From NCBI GenBank assembly GCA_016933695.1, contig JAFGAL010000013.1, positions 17,459 through 81,458 on the forward strand: a stretch of 64,000 bases of DNA, written 5' to 3'. The notes under the pieces were generated by a model. That model was not told where the DNA came from and ran no database searches. It saw nothing but the letters and a program-made list of their open reading frames with translations. Source of the DNA: Candidatus Zixiibacteriota bacterium. GTDB taxonomy: Bacteria; Zixibacteria; MSB-5A5; GN15; PGXB01. Positions 1 to 9,887 of this stretch are shown piece by piece; the stretch's first letter is position 1, and each line of letters starts with the position of its first letter. Position numbers and translations under genes: made by a program.

Positions 1-57
1 AATGGTAAGATGTAATCCCAACAAGTACAGATACAGCAAATAGGGCAGGATTCTCAT
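1..57 (-). CDS. mreD: MreD-like rod shape protein, N-terminal fragment running off the left edge
   Basis: ATG at 57..55 overlaps the mreC stop (TGA 56..54) as ATGA. Hand translation MRILPYLLYLYLLGLHLTI is strongly hydrophobic. The position directly downstream of mreC matches the conserved mreCD arrangement. Confidence 0.45.
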   Translation of the reverse strand, partial: MRILPYLLYLYLLGLHLTI

Positions 58-845
58 AACGTGTCACTTATCAATACGTACAATTCTTCGATTTCATATA
101 AATTCACGGTCGGCTTGAGCCAGACCTGCTTGAGGATATCTCCCTTGGCGGCATAAACCGAATCGACAATGGCAATCGATAATCCGGCGGGGTACACTCC
201 TCCAAGACCGGATGAAATGATCAAATCGCCGCTGTGAATCTCGGCGTCGGCGGGAAGATTGTCGAAATACATCCCCCGCGCCGGAGAAAATCTGACAATG
301 CCGAATTGCCGGCTTTCCGCAACCCGCCCCGACACGGCATTGGTCGGATCGGTCAGTAATTGTACCGTGGCAAAATGCGGCATCACCTCTTTCACCCGCC
401 CGACCAACCCGAACCGGTTGATCACCGGCTGATCCACCGCCAGGGAGTCACTGCTCCCCTTGTTGATAACGGCGGCGATGGGATATACCTGCTGGCGTAA
501 AGACACGATCTTGACCGGCACAACCCGGAAATGCTCGGGGGCGTCGAATCCCAGAAATTCCCGCAGGCGGGTGTTTTCTCGACGCGCCTCGGCAAGCGCG
601 CTTAGCTGAAGTGACGTTTCCACCAGGGAGTTTTTCAAACGACGATTTTCATCGGCGACGCTTTGCAAACCGGCAACATACCCTTTCAGCTCCGCAAACG
701 GGTACAGGATTAATGCCGACGACACATTGCCGAAAAACGGTCTGACGGTTGATGATAAAATCGTTATCAGAAAAAACAGAAATACTGCGGTACCAAAGCC
801 GATAAAACGACGATTTCTTCCCAAAATCGTCGACGTCCATTTCAT
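54..845 (-). CDS. mreC: rod shape-determining protein MreC
   Basis: 263 aa. It has an N-terminal membrane anchor, a coiled-coil stretch (ENRRLKNSL...EARRENTRLREFL) and C-terminal beta-domain motifs (GLVGRV, LLTD, SGDLIISSGLGGVYPAGL) typical of MreC. Confidence 0.9.
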   Translation of the reverse strand: MKWTSTILGRNRRFIGFGTAVFLFFLITILSSTVRPFFGNVSSALILYPFAELKGYVAGLQSVADENRRLKNSLVETSLQLSALAEARRENTRLREFLGFDAPEHFRVVPVKIVSLRQQVYPIAAVINKGSSDSLAVDQPVINRFGLVGRVKEVMPHFATVQLLTDPTNAVSGRVAESRQFGIVRFSPARGMYFDNLPADAEIHSGDLIISSGLGGVYPAGLSIAIVDSVYAAKGDILKQVWLKPTVNLYEIEELYVLISDTL

Positions 846-874
846 ATGCGCCCTGCCTCCCTGCCGGCCCGGCT

Positions 875-1327
875 TTATTCGACGGTATCGATCATTTGCA
901 GTAACTCACCCGGCGAGGTCACCTTCATCATTTTCTCGCGATTCTCTTCCGACTTCATGATATACGACAGGCGGGCCATCACGTTTAAGTGTGCCCCGAT
1001 GGCATCCTCGGGCGCCGCAATCAGAAAGAACAAATGCACCGGCCGATGATCCATCGCGTCGAAATCAATCCCCGCGTCACTGCGACCGAAGGCAATCACG
1101 ATTCCCTTGGTGGCCTTGGTCTTGGCATGCGGAAATGCCACTCCATAGCCGACCCCGGTGGTAACCAGTTCCTCTCGTTCCTGAATGTCTTTAACCAGTT
1201 CATCGGCGTCTTTCACAAGATTCGACTTGGCCGCGAGATCAACCAGTTCGCGCAACACGGAGTCCTTGTCGGTGGATTTCACATCAAACGTAATCAGATC
1301 TTCGGAACAAAATTTTGACAGTTTCAT
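875..1327 (-). CDS. ptsN: PTS EIIA type-2 / nitrogen-regulatory EIIA(Ntr)-like protein
   Basis: 150 aa with an EIIA type-2 pattern, including the phosphorylatable His in GVAFPHAK and LFFLIAAP. The size matches PtsN. Confidence 0.85.
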   Translation of the reverse strand: MKLSKFCSEDLITFDVKSTDKDSVLRELVDLAAKSNLVKDADELVKDIQEREELVTTGVGYGVAFPHAKTKATKGIVIAFGRSDAGIDFDAMDHRPVHLFFLIAAPEDAIGAHLNVMARLSYIMKSEENREKMMKVTSPGELLQMIDTVE

Positions 1328-1340
1328 AACGGGCCCTCAA

Positions 1341-1508
1341 TTAAAAACTTTCCGCTTCTTCAATGAGCAGAATCGGAATACCATCTTCAATACGATACGA
1401 CAATCGCCCCTCTTCACAGATCAGCCGATTATTTTCTCGGTCATAGGTCAGTTTGCCCTTGCACTTGGGACAGACCAATATGTCCAGCAGTTGTTCAGAG
1501 AGTGCCAT
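1341..1508 (-). CDS. Trm112/UPF0434 (YcaR) family zinc-ribbon protein
   Basis: The ORF-track start (1604) was trimmed to ATG 1508, which is preceded by GGAGG (1519..1515). The 55-aa product MALSEQLLDILVCPKCKGKL...EDGIPILL carries the CPxC motif and GIPILL tail of the Trm112 family. Confidence 0.8.
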   Translation of the reverse strand: MALSEQLLDILVCPKCKGKLTYDRENNRLICEEGRLSYRIEDGIPILLIEEAESF

Positions 1509-1518
1509 GCTACACCTC

Positions 1519-2478
1519 CTACTCCTTAAAGACACCCATACGGCGGAATTTTTCCAGCCGCTCCCGCAACAGACGATCCAGCGGCACTGCCTCCAGTTCA
1601 TCAAGCGTCGCCATCAATTCCCGCTTAACCGTCTCCGCCGCCTGCCGGTGGTTATTATGCGCGCCGCCCGGCGGTTCGGGTATTATTTTATCGACAATAT
1701 TCTGCTTGATTAAATCGTCCGCGGTCAACTTCAACGCCTCCGCCGCTTCCGGCGCATGGGATGCGTCCCGCCACAAAATGGCCGCGCATCCTTCGGGTGA
1801 AATCACCGTGTACCACGAATACTGCAACATGTACACCCGGTCGCCAACGCCGATTCCCAGCGCGCCGCCGGAGGCCCCTTCACCGATAATCACAATCACG
1901 ATCGGCACCTTGAGAATCGCCATCTCACGGATATTGCGGGCGATCGCCTCGGCCTGACCGCGTTCCTCGGCACCGATCCCGGGATACGCCCCCGGCGTGT
2001 CGATCATGATCACGATCGGCCTACGGAATTTTTCGGCCAGCTTGAACAGCCGCAGTGCCTTGCGATACCCCTCCGGATGCATCATTCCAAAATTGCGATA
2101 CAATTTCTGTTTGGTGTCCCGCCCCTTCTGCTGACCGATAATCAGGATTTCACGCCCGTCGAGTTTGGCAAAACCGCCGATCACGGCCTTGTCATCCGCA
2201 AAATACCGGTCCCCGTGCAATTCAACAAAATCCGTGGTGATGTGTTCAATATAGTCGAGGGTATAGGGTCGCCGGGGATGCCGGGCCAGCTGGACTTTTT
2301 GCCAGCGGGTAAGATTGGAAAATATCTCGGAGCGCATCCGTTCGGCCTTATTGCGAAGGGAAGATATTTCACCGCTCAATTCCAGATTGGCTCCGGCGGC
2401 AAAATCCATCATGTCGGAGATTTTCTTCTCCAACTCCACAATCGGCTTTTCAAATTCCAGGATCTGTCTTTCTTCCAT
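1519..2478 (-). CDS. accA: acetyl-CoA carboxylase carboxyltransferase subunit alpha
   Basis: 319 aa with AccA motifs [21 protein letters not shown] and [10 protein letters not shown]. Confidence 0.95.
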   Translation of the reverse strand: MEERQILEFEKPIVELEKKISDMMDFAAGANLELSGEISSLRNKAERMRSEIFSNLTRWQKVQLARHPRRPYTLDYIEHITTDFVELHGDRYFADDKAVIGGFAKLDGREILIIGQQKGRDTKQKLYRNFGMMHPEGYRKALRLFKLAEKFRRPIVIMIDTPGAYPGIGAEERGQAEAIARNIREMAILKVPIVIVIIGEGASGGALGIGVGDRVYMLQYSWYTVISPEGCAAILWRDASHAPEAAEALKLTADDLIKQNIVDKIIPEPPGGAHNNHRQAAETVKRELMATLDELEAVPLDRLLRERLEKFRRMGVFKE

Positions 2479-2686
2479 ACCTCATGCCAAAATAACGAGA
2501 CGGAATTCCCGTCCCGCCTGAAAAACACAAGTTTATAAGATAAACACTATTTTAAAAATAACAACCATAAAAACCACATCAGGTCCCAAAATTAACACCT
2601 TGCCGTAAAATCACTTAGGAAGACCCAACGACTCCTGATCAATCAATGGCGACATTTCGTCGCGCCGGTTGTTCATTCGGGATTGT

Positions 2687-3556
2687 TTACTTGGAATCCA
2701 GCCCGGTGAAGGCACGAATGGTGAAATTGACAAACAGCGCGGCCGGCAAAACCAACAATGAAAATCCGTTAGGATAATGCTTCATAAAAAACTTCCAGAC
2801 CGCGACATGATGATGCCAGCTTCGTCGCACCGGTGAAACATTCGCCCCCTCACCCCACAGATGCAATGCGCCCGCCTCGGGGACAAAATACACTTTGCGT
2901 TGATTCTGACGGATTCGGATGGACAGGTCGATATCCTCGGCGAACAGGAAAAAACGATTGTCGAATCCGCCGATCTGCTCGAATAACTCGCGTTCCACCA
3001 GCATACAGGTGGCCGCCGCCGCCGGGACTTCGGTTTTCGTGGCGAAATCACCCAGGGTATACGTGTTGCCATTGCGTGCCGGGATTCCCAGCTTGCTCAG
3101 CACCGATCCGCGCGAAAAGAAAATATTCCGGGTATTCGGCACTTTACGGCAGGTCGGCTGGAAGGAACCGTCCGGATTGCGCATCCGCCCCACCACCGCG
3201 CCGGCGTCATCAGTCTCCTTGATTGCCTTGAGCAGTTGACGCAGGGAACCTTCATCCATAACCGTATCCGGATTGACAAACAGGACATAGCGACCGTCAA
3301 TCATGTCAAGCGCCTTGTTATTGGCTTCGGCGAATCCGAGATTACGCGGCGATTCATACACGCGCATCTCCGGCATGGCGGCTTTAATTCTCTTTGTGGT
3401 GTCATCCGACGAATTATTGTCAAAAACCAGTATGTCACCGCCGCAGTCGGCGATTTCGCGCTCCAGAGCCTCCAGGCATGGTATAATGCACGAGGACGAG
3501 TTGTACGTCACGACAATCGCCGCGATCGTATCCGTTCCGTCACCGTTACGCGTCAT
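2687..3556 (-). CDS. family-2 glycosyltransferase
   Basis: The start was trimmed from 3604 to ATG 3556, which forms an ATGA overlap with the upstream stop (3553..3555). IAAIVVTYNSS and FDNNSSDDT (DxD-type) motifs match the GT2 fold. Confidence 0.85.
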   Translation of the reverse strand: MTRNGDGTDTIAAIVVTYNSSSCIIPCLEALEREIADCGGDILVFDNNSSDDTTKRIKAAMPEMRVYESPRNLGFAEANNKALDMIDGRYVLFVNPDTVMDEGSLRQLLKAIKETDDAGAVVGRMRNPDGSFQPTCRKVPNTRNIFFSRGSVLSKLGIPARNGNTYTLGDFATKTEVPAAAATCMLVERELFEQIGGFDNRFFLFAEDIDLSIRIRQNQRKVYFVPEAGALHLWGEGANVSPVRRSWHHHVAVWKFFMKHYPNGFSLLVLPAALFVNFTIRAFTGLDSK

Positions 3557-4281
3557 CGCATCTTCCCCAGCATTGACATCAGCCGCAGATACCAGACTTT
3601 CCATATCGCCTCTCGGACTATTTTCTTCGACATCTTGGATGCGCCCTTCTGCCGATCGACAAACACAATCGGAATCTCCTTGATCCGGAATCCCTTCTTC
3701 CAGGCGCGCATCGACATTTCAATCTGAAATATATACCCGTTTGATTTAACCGCATCAAGATTAATCGTCTCCAGCACCTCCCGACGAAAACACTTAAAGC
3801 CGCCGGTTCCATCCCGAACCGGAAGGCCGGTTACCACCCGGGTATATACATTCGCAAAATATGACAGTAACAGCCGACTCATCGGCCAGTTGATGACATT
3901 GACGCCGGAAATATACCGCGATCCCAGTACCAGATCATGGTTTTCGATCGCCGCCAGGAAGTCCGGCAGGTATTCCGGCCCATGCGAAAAATCGGCGTCC
4001 ATTTCGAATAAATAATCATAGGAACGCTCGATCCCCCACCGAAAACCGGCGATATATGCCCGTCCCAGGCCCTCTTTCCGCTCTCTATGCATGACGTGAA
4101 TCCGGTTATTCTGTGCGGCCAAATCGTCCGCAATCCGGCCGGTTCCGTCCGGCGAATTATCATCGACCACCAGCGCATCCAGACGCGGGTCCTGCCTGAG
4201 CGCCGCCGCGATGATCGCCTTGATGTTTTCCTTTTCGTTATAGGTCGGAAAGATGATTAACGCCCGTTTGGTGTCATTCAT
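3553..4281 (-). CDS. polyprenol/dolichol-phosphate mannose (hexose) synthase-like GT2
   Basis: The start was trimmed to ATG 4281 (ATGA overlap with the stop at 4278..4280). Motifs IIFPTYNEKENI, VVDDNSPDGT and EMDADFSH match Ppm1/DPM1-type lipid-carrier sugar synthases. Confidence 0.85.
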   Translation of the reverse strand: MNDTKRALIIFPTYNEKENIKAIIAAALRQDPRLDALVVDDNSPDGTGRIADDLAAQNNRIHVMHRERKEGLGRAYIAGFRWGIERSYDYLFEMDADFSHGPEYLPDFLAAIENHDLVLGSRYISGVNVINWPMSRLLLSYFANVYTRVVTGLPVRDGTGGFKCFRREVLETINLDAVKSNGYIFQIEMSMRAWKKGFRIKEIPIVFVDRQKGASKMSKKIVREAIWKVWYLRLMSMLGKMR

Positions 4282-6728
4282 ACCGTCGCTGTCATCCTCT
4301 TTCTCTCTTTCACATGGATAACAAAATAAACCACTAATATAACCGCAACAAGGAAAAGAGTCAATATCGTCACCAGTTTGGAGCAATTATTTCTGGATCG
4401 ATCATAGCGAAACACCACTTGATGTTCTCCTGCCGTCAGCGGCACCGCCCGAAATGATCCATCGGCGCGTAATACTTCCGTCTCCACACCATCGACAAAG
4501 GCCTTCCATGCAAAATAATAATTATCGGTCAGCACCAGAATGCTGTTTCGTTCGGCATTGACCGCAATCGCAACCGAGTCATTAGCATACGCGGTAACAT
4601 CCGCCGATCCGATTGATGCGGAATCAGCCCGCGTAATAGACAATTCCGGTTCCTGCTCCAGTATTACCGTTTGCGCCGGATTCACCATCCCGCCGAGTAT
4701 CCGCGGATAGATACTGTCGCGTTCCGGAATTACCTCGTAATGATCGACCAGAAAGGCGCGGGGAAAGGCATTATCATTTCGATACAGAGTGACCGCACCG
4801 TAGTTTTTCATGGCTGTCAGCGGTCGTTCTCCGAAATAGCCGGGCGGAAGCGGACGGTCCTGACGTCCCACGATGTATTTTGTCCCCACCAGATTGAGAA
4901 AACGTGGATTGCCGAGATTTGCAAGCGACGGTCCCCCCAGAAAATCATCATACCACCGCAACTGGTTGCCGTGGTATCCCGTCACATCCTGAATACCGAA
5001 AAACGCCAGGTATGTCGCCGGAACGGCATCGATATTCAAGACCCGGAATTGCTCCGGCTGTTTTTGTAAAAAGTCCACCATCGCGTTGCGAGAGAAATTC
5101 TGTGCGGGATTGTACGTGCTGATAAACCGGCCGTCGAATCGAATCCCGTCGATCATGATCAACAGGGGAATCACCAGCAAAACCGCGGCCCCCACCCGTC
5201 GTGAAAGATACAACCAGATCACCGCCGCGGTCAGCGCCACCAGGAAACAGACCACCCAGAAACCGGATTGCACATTGGGAAGATTCATCAGCGCGGCATT
5301 CCACTTGGTGAAGTTTTGTCCGATCCTGATGAGATTTACATCGCTGTAAAAAACCGAACTGTACAGCGACAGCATCGCCTCACCGGACACCGCAAACAGC
5401 AATGCCCCGAGACACAACACCGACGGGACAATCGCAAGGAACAACTTCAATCGTTTTTTCGTTGTCGCCGCAAGTTCCCGTCCCTGATCGATTAAATACT
5501 GAATCCCCATGCCCGCCAGCAAAGTCACACTGAACAGAAAAACGAACATAATGGTAGACGGAGCGCGCAGAGATTTCACGTTGGGAATCAGATAAAAGAA
5601 AATTTTGAAAAAGGGTGTTTCATCTCCCAGAGCGTAAATGAAGGCGAACAGCGCCAGTCCTCCGAAAAACCAGGTTTCTTTGCGCCTCGCGAAAATAACC
5701 GCAATGGCCGCCAGAAACAGCGGGATAACCCCCGCGTATTCGGAATTGTCCTTGAATGCGTTTTTGCCCCAGTAATAGTTGCCCCTCCCGCTGTTGGTTC
5801 CGCTAAATTCGGGGACCACCAATGATATCGCTTCCTCTTCATGCATCGACCATGATATCGCCCAGTCGTACCCCTTCTTGGAATCGGCACGCGGCGAATA
5901 CTTGGTGGTATAGATATATCCCGGGTAAAACTGAATGGCCGAAATCAACAATCCGATCACCACCGCCCCGGTCAATAATGCGGATGGCTTGATCAGCGGC
6001 GTAATCGATTTCTTTTCACGATATAAGACGATCAGTTTAAACAGGCCGTACAACGCGATTGCCCACAGCGAATAGTACGACAACTGCGCATGCGGGCTGA
6101 GAATGATCACCCCGATCACCAATCCCAGCAACGTGAAATTCAGTCCCGGTTTGCGCTCGAAACCGCGATCAAGAAACAGCATGGTCAAAGGAAACAGCGT
6201 GATGACAAAAATCTTGCCATCATGGCCCGGCGCCACCAGCGATACCAGCAGACCGGAGAACATATACCCCAGCGCCGACACCGTCGCGGCGATCCGTCCC
6301 AGCCGAAACTGCCGCGCCGTGAAATACATAAAAATACCCGACAGAAAAATATGGATGACCAGATTCATCCCCAGCATGCGGTAGAAATTACCGATGAATT
6401 TCAGAACCGACAGCGGATAAAAGGCATCACCGTGAAACGCATCGATAAACGGCAGGCCGCCGAAAATGTACGGATTCCAAACCGGCACCGAACCGTAGGC
6501 GTGAGCGAATTCAACATAAAAATGACGGAAAAATATCCCGGCCGAGATCGTGTCCGAACCATACAGCATCAAGTCGGAGAATAAAAACTTGTGGAAGAGG
6601 ATCACCACACCAACCAGCATTACTGCCAGTACAACCGGGAAATAATACCGGTAGCTTTCCGGATTGAAACTCGCCGGGCGACCGGTGGCCTTCTGATGGC
6701 TATCGGCTTTTTTCTTTTTGGTCATCAT
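4278..6728 (-). CDS. YfhO-family (GT-C type) membrane glycosyltransferase
   Basis: The ORF-track start 7130 was rejected because it overlaps 6779..7717. ATG-ATG at 6728 is preceded by GGAG. The protein is 816 aa, polytopic over the first ~470 aa, then has a large extracytoplasmic domain and a terminal TM helix. The N-terminal pattern LMLYGSDT...VPVWNPYIFGGLPF resembles the YfhO family. Confidence 0.8.
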   Translation of the reverse strand: MMTKKKKADSHQKATGRPASFNPESYRYYFPVVLAVMLVGVVILFHKFLFSDLMLYGSDTISAGIFFRHFYVEFAHAYGSVPVWNPYIFGGLPFIDAFHGDAFYPLSVLKFIGNFYRMLGMNLVIHIFLSGIFMYFTARQFRLGRIAATVSALGYMFSGLLVSLVAPGHDGKIFVITLFPLTMLFLDRGFERKPGLNFTLLGLVIGVIILSPHAQLSYYSLWAIALYGLFKLIVLYREKKSITPLIKPSALLTGAVVIGLLISAIQFYPGYIYTTKYSPRADSKKGYDWAISWSMHEEEAISLVVPEFSGTNSGRGNYYWGKNAFKDNSEYAGVIPLFLAAIAVIFARRKETWFFGGLALFAFIYALGDETPFFKIFFYLIPNVKSLRAPSTIMFVFLFSVTLLAGMGIQYLIDQGRELAATTKKRLKLFLAIVPSVLCLGALLFAVSGEAMLSLYSSVFYSDVNLIRIGQNFTKWNAALMNLPNVQSGFWVVCFLVALTAAVIWLYLSRRVGAAVLLVIPLLIMIDGIRFDGRFISTYNPAQNFSRNAMVDFLQKQPEQFRVLNIDAVPATYLAFFGIQDVTGYHGNQLRWYDDFLGGPSLANLGNPRFLNLVGTKYIVGRQDRPLPPGYFGERPLTAMKNYGAVTLYRNDNAFPRAFLVDHYEVIPERDSIYPRILGGMVNPAQTVILEQEPELSITRADSASIGSADVTAYANDSVAIAVNAERNSILVLTDNYYFAWKAFVDGVETEVLRADGSFRAVPLTAGEHQVVFRYDRSRNNCSKLVTILTLFLVAVILVVYFVIHVKERKRMTATV

Positions 6729-6778
6729 GATTCTCCGACTGGTGTGTATATCAACCGTGACATGGTACCCACACGGCC

Positions 6779-7717
6779 TTACGTGCGATCGTCGCGGTGA
6801 TCGAACAGGCGATCCACTTTCTTGCGCACCGCCCCCATTTCCTCTTTCAGCCCCGCCAGCGATTCCGCCAGAAAACCCAATATGAACAGACTCATCCCCA
6901 GACCGCTGAATAACAGGACCAGATAGAGAAGCGGACGCTGACCATCGCCTAGCCAAAACCGCAGGTATACCGCATACAGACCGACCAGAACCGCCACCGC
7001 GAGGAAGCATGATCCGATCAATCCGAAAAACAAAAGCGGTTTGCGTAAGAACGACAATTGCGCTTTTACTGCCAGCATGTCGAGGACGCCGATGGGGATA
7101 CGCCAGATGGAAAACTTGGATTTGCCCCATTTCCGTTCGTATAACGGAATCTTGACCTCACTGATCCGAAATCCCTTGTCCGCCGCCAGCACCACCAGGT
7201 AGCGATGCCAGTCCTTGCGTAGAAACAGGTCTTTAATCACTTCGGCCTTGAACGCCTTGACTGAATTCAGATCGTGCACTTTCAAACCGAAAATCCGCCG
7301 CGAAAGCCAGTTGTACACTTTCGAGACAAAACGTTTTTTGTACTTACCCTGTTTCCAGCCGGTGGAAACGTCGGCCCCCTCAAGCAGAGGTTGCACCAGC
7401 GCCGGGATATCTTCGGGGAGATACTGCAAATCCGCCGGGTAAAACACGAAAATATCTCCCGATGCCACGCTGAATCCGGTCTGCAATCCCTCGGTCAGGC
7501 CGAGATTGTGCGGATGTCGGGCGTATTTAATAAACGAATAGGTTTGGGCGGCTTCGGTAATCCTGGCGAACGTCCCATCATCGGAACCGTCGTCGATCAA
7601 AACCAGTTCGTAGGTCTGTGTCGCCGTCGATACCATGTCGCCAAACAGCCGGCACAATTCCGGAATATTCCCCTCTTCGTTATAGGCGGGGACAATGACT
7701 GATATTACATTACTCAA
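6779..7717 (-). CDS. polyprenyl-phosphate glycosyltransferase (ArnC/GtrB/CsbB-type GT2)
   Basis: TTG start. VIVPAYNEEGNI and LIDDGSDDGT motifs plus two C-terminal TM helices give the architecture of lipid-carrier charging GT2 enzymes. Confidence 0.85.
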   Translation of the reverse strand: MSNVISVIVPAYNEEGNIPELCRLFGDMVSTATQTYELVLIDDGSDDGTFARITEAAQTYSFIKYARHPHNLGLTEGLQTGFSVASGDIFVFYPADLQYLPEDIPALVQPLLEGADVSTGWKQGKYKKRFVSKVYNWLSRRIFGLKVHDLNSVKAFKAEVIKDLFLRKDWHRYLVVLAADKGFRISEVKIPLYERKWGKSKFSIWRIPIGVLDMLAVKAQLSFLRKPLLFFGLIGSCFLAVAVLVGLYAVYLRFWLGDGQRPLLYLVLLFSGLGMSLFILGFLAESLAGLKEEMGAVRKKVDRLFDHRDDRT

Positions 7718-9887
7718 GTGACACCGCGTCCTTTATTTCATACAACTTATCGACATTTGCGGCCAGCATTTTCGACGTCGGATTATACCGAAGAGCCGTC
7801 TTGGCTTCTGTTATACCACGATCGGCATACTCCGGATTCCTCGTCAGCGCATACATTTCAATATAGAACACCGCCAATTTATAATGCAAGTGAAAATCGG
7901 TCGGAGAAAAATCCACCGCGCGCTGTAAATACGTTCCCGAAACATCGTAATGTTCCGCCGCGAACGATTCCACTCCCACCCGCAAATTGGCGGACATGTT
8001 GTCGGGATGATCATCCAGATACCTATGAAGATAAGACTCCGCCGAATCCGCCTGACTGACCGAATAAAAATACTGGAACCGTTCGTAATCCGACAACTGG
8101 TAATGATTGGCGGTAATATTGCCGGTCGCCCCGGCCACCCGGTACAGCTTGATCAGGCGATTGGTAATGCGGTATTCGGTCACCAGAATCGCCCGGTCCA
8201 TGATATCGGGATAATCGGCGCGGGCCGACTCCTCATTGGCCTTGTCGAGAAGCAAATGCGTTACCGGATAGCGCCGGAAAAAGGCCGAGTCGACATTGGC
8301 CACACCGAACATGTGTATCAGATTGCGAATCTTGTTGTCCTGGGTCAGGCGCGCCGCATACGGCCCGGATATGATGGCTTCCGGCGATACGATCGTATCC
8401 AGATCCTTCGCCGCCGCAACACTGGTAAACGACGCCACGGCATGCCAGGAACCATACCGATACGCATTCGGACCGACACCTGCGGCAAGAGCAATCAGCA
8501 CCACACCCGCAACCGCCCAACGCGGCGGCTGATGAAAAATCCCGGGCATATAACGTTTCAAACCGACCACCGCCCCAGTGCATACCAGCGTCACAACAAA
8601 CACGATAACACGATATTCATAGTACGTATCGACCTTGACTGAATTCTCAAAGGCGGTCGCGATCAACTGGAACACCGGGATCAGCGCCCAAAAATACAGC
8701 ACCGCCGGGAAGAACCACGACATCGTCAGCGGTTTATCCGATCGGTGTCCGGTCAGCCAGTCGTTAATCAATATCCCGGCCAGGCCGCAGATCGGATAAA
8801 TCAGCATGGTCTGATAACGAAGCGGACGGTAATTCCAGATCATCAGAGCGCCGTAGGTCGCAATGGTGAGCGCGATCAGAAAGACCGTCCCCGGACCGAT
8901 ACCATACAGGCGGCTTTTCCATCCCTCCCGGGTCAGTGCCCGGTAGAAAAAGATCAGGATCATCGCCCATGCCAGAAGTGCCGGCGCCGGCATTTTCTGA
9001 AACAGTTTGCTCGTGGCGCCGAATGTCATATACTTGTACAAAAAGAAATCGACCGATTTCAAACCATCCGGCGAACCGTACAGTCCCAGCGCCTGTTCCT
9101 GCAGATATCCCTCCACCGACGACATCATCGGGCGATAGCTGAAATAGTACCAGAAGACGGTTACCGCAAGCATTCCGGCCCAGAAAAACGCATATCGCGT
9201 CAGATACATCCGCAAGTCGTCGCGGTAATCATGGTAGTACTCATATAGCATGAAACAGACAAATGGAAACAGATACACCAGCCCGATCATCTTGCTGAAA
9301 AAGATGCCGATCCCAAGAGATATCCCGGCCGGTACAGCCCATATCCCTCGCCTGGTATACAGCAGTATTGTAACCGCCAGTGCCGTGAAACAGGTCATGC
9401 TGTTTTCCAGAAACGGATACCGGCCAAAAAAGATTTGATTGTAATCAAAAGCGATAAACAGCAGATAGCACAGCGCCGCGACATTGCCGGCGAGACGGCG
9501 CACGATAAAATAAAACAGCATCAGCGTCGTAAACGAAAACAGCAGTCCCACCAGATTGGCCTGCACGTAACCCACCCCCGCGACCTTGAATACTAAAAAC
9601 GAGACGACGGTCACCGCCGATTTCAGAAAAAACACCAGCCGGAAATCATGCAGGGGATTGAAATCCCCCCACAACACCAGATTCCGCGCAAATGAGATAT
9701 ACTGAGCCGGATCGGTATACACCGCACTGCTATAGGCGAGATCGAGCGGCGGATCAGCCGAAAGGTAATGCAAGCGCACAAACAGCGCGATTCCGGTCAG
9801 AATGATAAACGCAACGGTCTCAGTTTTCAAGCCGAAGGGTGTCTTGATACTCTTTTCCAAAAAACTCCCTGATTTTGGCGGAGACAT
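7710..9887 (-). CDS. GT-C fold membrane glycosyltransferase (ArnT/PMT-like) with C-terminal TPR-like domain
   Basis: 725 aa, with about a dozen hydrophobic helices in aa 20-470 followed by soluble helical repeats (FHLHYKLAVFYIEMY...ALRYNP). ATG 9887 overlaps the upstream gene by 68 nt and lacks an SD, so the true start may lie downstream (for example TTG 9830). Confidence 0.75.
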   Translation of the reverse strand: MSPPKSGSFLEKSIKTPFGLKTETVAFIILTGIALFVRLHYLSADPPLDLAYSSAVYTDPAQYISFARNLVLWGDFNPLHDFRLVFFLKSAVTVVSFLVFKVAGVGYVQANLVGLLFSFTTLMLFYFIVRRLAGNVAALCYLLFIAFDYNQIFFGRYPFLENSMTCFTALAVTILLYTRRGIWAVPAGISLGIGIFFSKMIGLVYLFPFVCFMLYEYYHDYRDDLRMYLTRYAFFWAGMLAVTVFWYYFSYRPMMSSVEGYLQEQALGLYGSPDGLKSVDFFLYKYMTFGATSKLFQKMPAPALLAWAMILIFFYRALTREGWKSRLYGIGPGTVFLIALTIATYGALMIWNYRPLRYQTMLIYPICGLAGILINDWLTGHRSDKPLTMSWFFPAVLYFWALIPVFQLIATAFENSVKVDTYYEYRVIVFVVTLVCTGAVVGLKRYMPGIFHQPPRWAVAGVVLIALAAGVGPNAYRYGSWHAVASFTSVAAAKDLDTIVSPEAIISGPYAARLTQDNKIRNLIHMFGVANVDSAFFRRYPVTHLLLDKANEESARADYPDIMDRAILVTEYRITNRLIKLYRVAGATGNITANHYQLSDYERFQYFYSVSQADSAESYLHRYLDDHPDNMSANLRVGVESFAAEHYDVSGTYLQRAVDFSPTDFHLHYKLAVFYIEMYALTRNPEYADRGITEAKTALRYNPTSKMLAANVDKLYEIKDAVSLE

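Noticed and set aside
1509-1604. 32-aa upstream extension of the Trm112-like ORF
   Set aside because: It overlaps the accA 3' end. The internal ATG at 1508 has a perfect GGAGG and gives the canonical ~55-60-aa Trm112-family size.
6729-7130. 134-aa N-terminal extension of the ORF 4278..7130 (track start MGQIQVFHL...)
   Set aside because: It overlaps the well-supported GT2 gene 6779..7717 in another frame and is Arg/Gly/Ser-rich with no membrane or domain features. An ATG-ATG at 6728 with an upstream GGAG gives a sensible YfhO-type N-terminus.
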